Assembly: GCA_049999805.1 (NCBI GenBank)
Contig: JBNGIO010006112.1
Location: forward strand, 1-63,806
Direction: 5' to 3'
Source: Folioceros fuciformis
Taxonomy: Eukaryota
Length of the DNA: 63,806 nucleotides
In this document: positions 63,482 to 63,806 of the stretch, in pieces
How positions within the stretch are numbered: the first letter of the stretch is position 1
Layout of the letters: every line of letters begins with the position of its first letter
The notes under the pieces: generated by a model
Databases searched by the model: none
What the model was told of the DNA's origin: nothing
Seen by the model: the letters and a program-made list of their open reading frames with translations, nothing else
Made by a program: the position numbers and the translations under genes

Positions 63482-63790
63482 ATGGAACTTTTCATCTCTT
63501 TTTCAATAATAGAAAATAACATTGTTCCTCCTTTAGGGACTCCATGGGACTTTTCATCTCTTTTTCAATAATAGAAAATAACATTGTTTCTCTTACGGAC
63601 TCCATGGGACTTTTTATCTCTTTTTCAATAATAGAAAATAACCAATAATAGAAAATAACATTGTTCCTCTTTAGGGACTCCATGGGACTTTTTATCTTTT
63701 TTTAATAATAGAAAATAACATTGTTCCTCTTGACGATACAAGGACTAGATGATATTTTTTATCTCTTTTTCAATAATAAAAAATAACATT
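63482..63790. repeat. AT-rich ~60-bp tandem repeat, ~5 copies
   Basis: ATGGGACTTTT(C/T)ATCTCTTTTTCAATAATAGAAAATAACATTGTTCCTCTTTAGGGACTCC units start at ~63482, 63544, 63604 and 63682, followed by a degraded copy. Confidence 0.9.
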
Positions 63791-63806
63791 CTCATGTATA
63801 AAACAT

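Noticed and set aside
63482-63790. CRISPR-like array
   Set aside because: Units are contiguous with no unique spacers, there are no cas genes, and the context is eukaryotic. The same applies to 404-510 and 56624-56850.

Overview
This is eukaryotic nuclear DNA from a gene-dense land plant with mostly 60-100 nt GT-AG introns. Axonemal genes (DRC2/CCDC65, CFAP91-like) imply flagellated sperm. With a CYP711A/MAX1 and a nuclear SDH3, this fits a Selaginella-like lycophyte (inference only). About 19 genes or gene fragments are visible: OSB-like fragment, CYP711A, DRC2, a 79-aa conserved protein, CCT1, SDH3, CDKE/CDK8, THF1, AUG3/HAUS3, KARI, a Gfo/Idh/MocA oxidoreductase, a 2OG-Fe(II) dioxygenase, a small Cys protein, IES6, paladin, CFAP91-like plus an antisense partner, an orphan ORF, an intronless Twinkle and ALY/THO4. 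There are also a copia 3' remnant, degraded TE-like tracts, tandem repeats and two assembly gaps. The most notable observations are: (1) the nuclear SDH3 is a chimera whose N-terminal extension is built from decayed exons of a mitochondrial ATP synthase beta (ATP2) gene; (2) two convergent genes are mutually interleaved, each with its last coding exon inside the other's last intron; (3) a shared element sits in two unusually long introns and forms a hairpin in one. All family assignments come from motif recognition by eye; no database searches were run.
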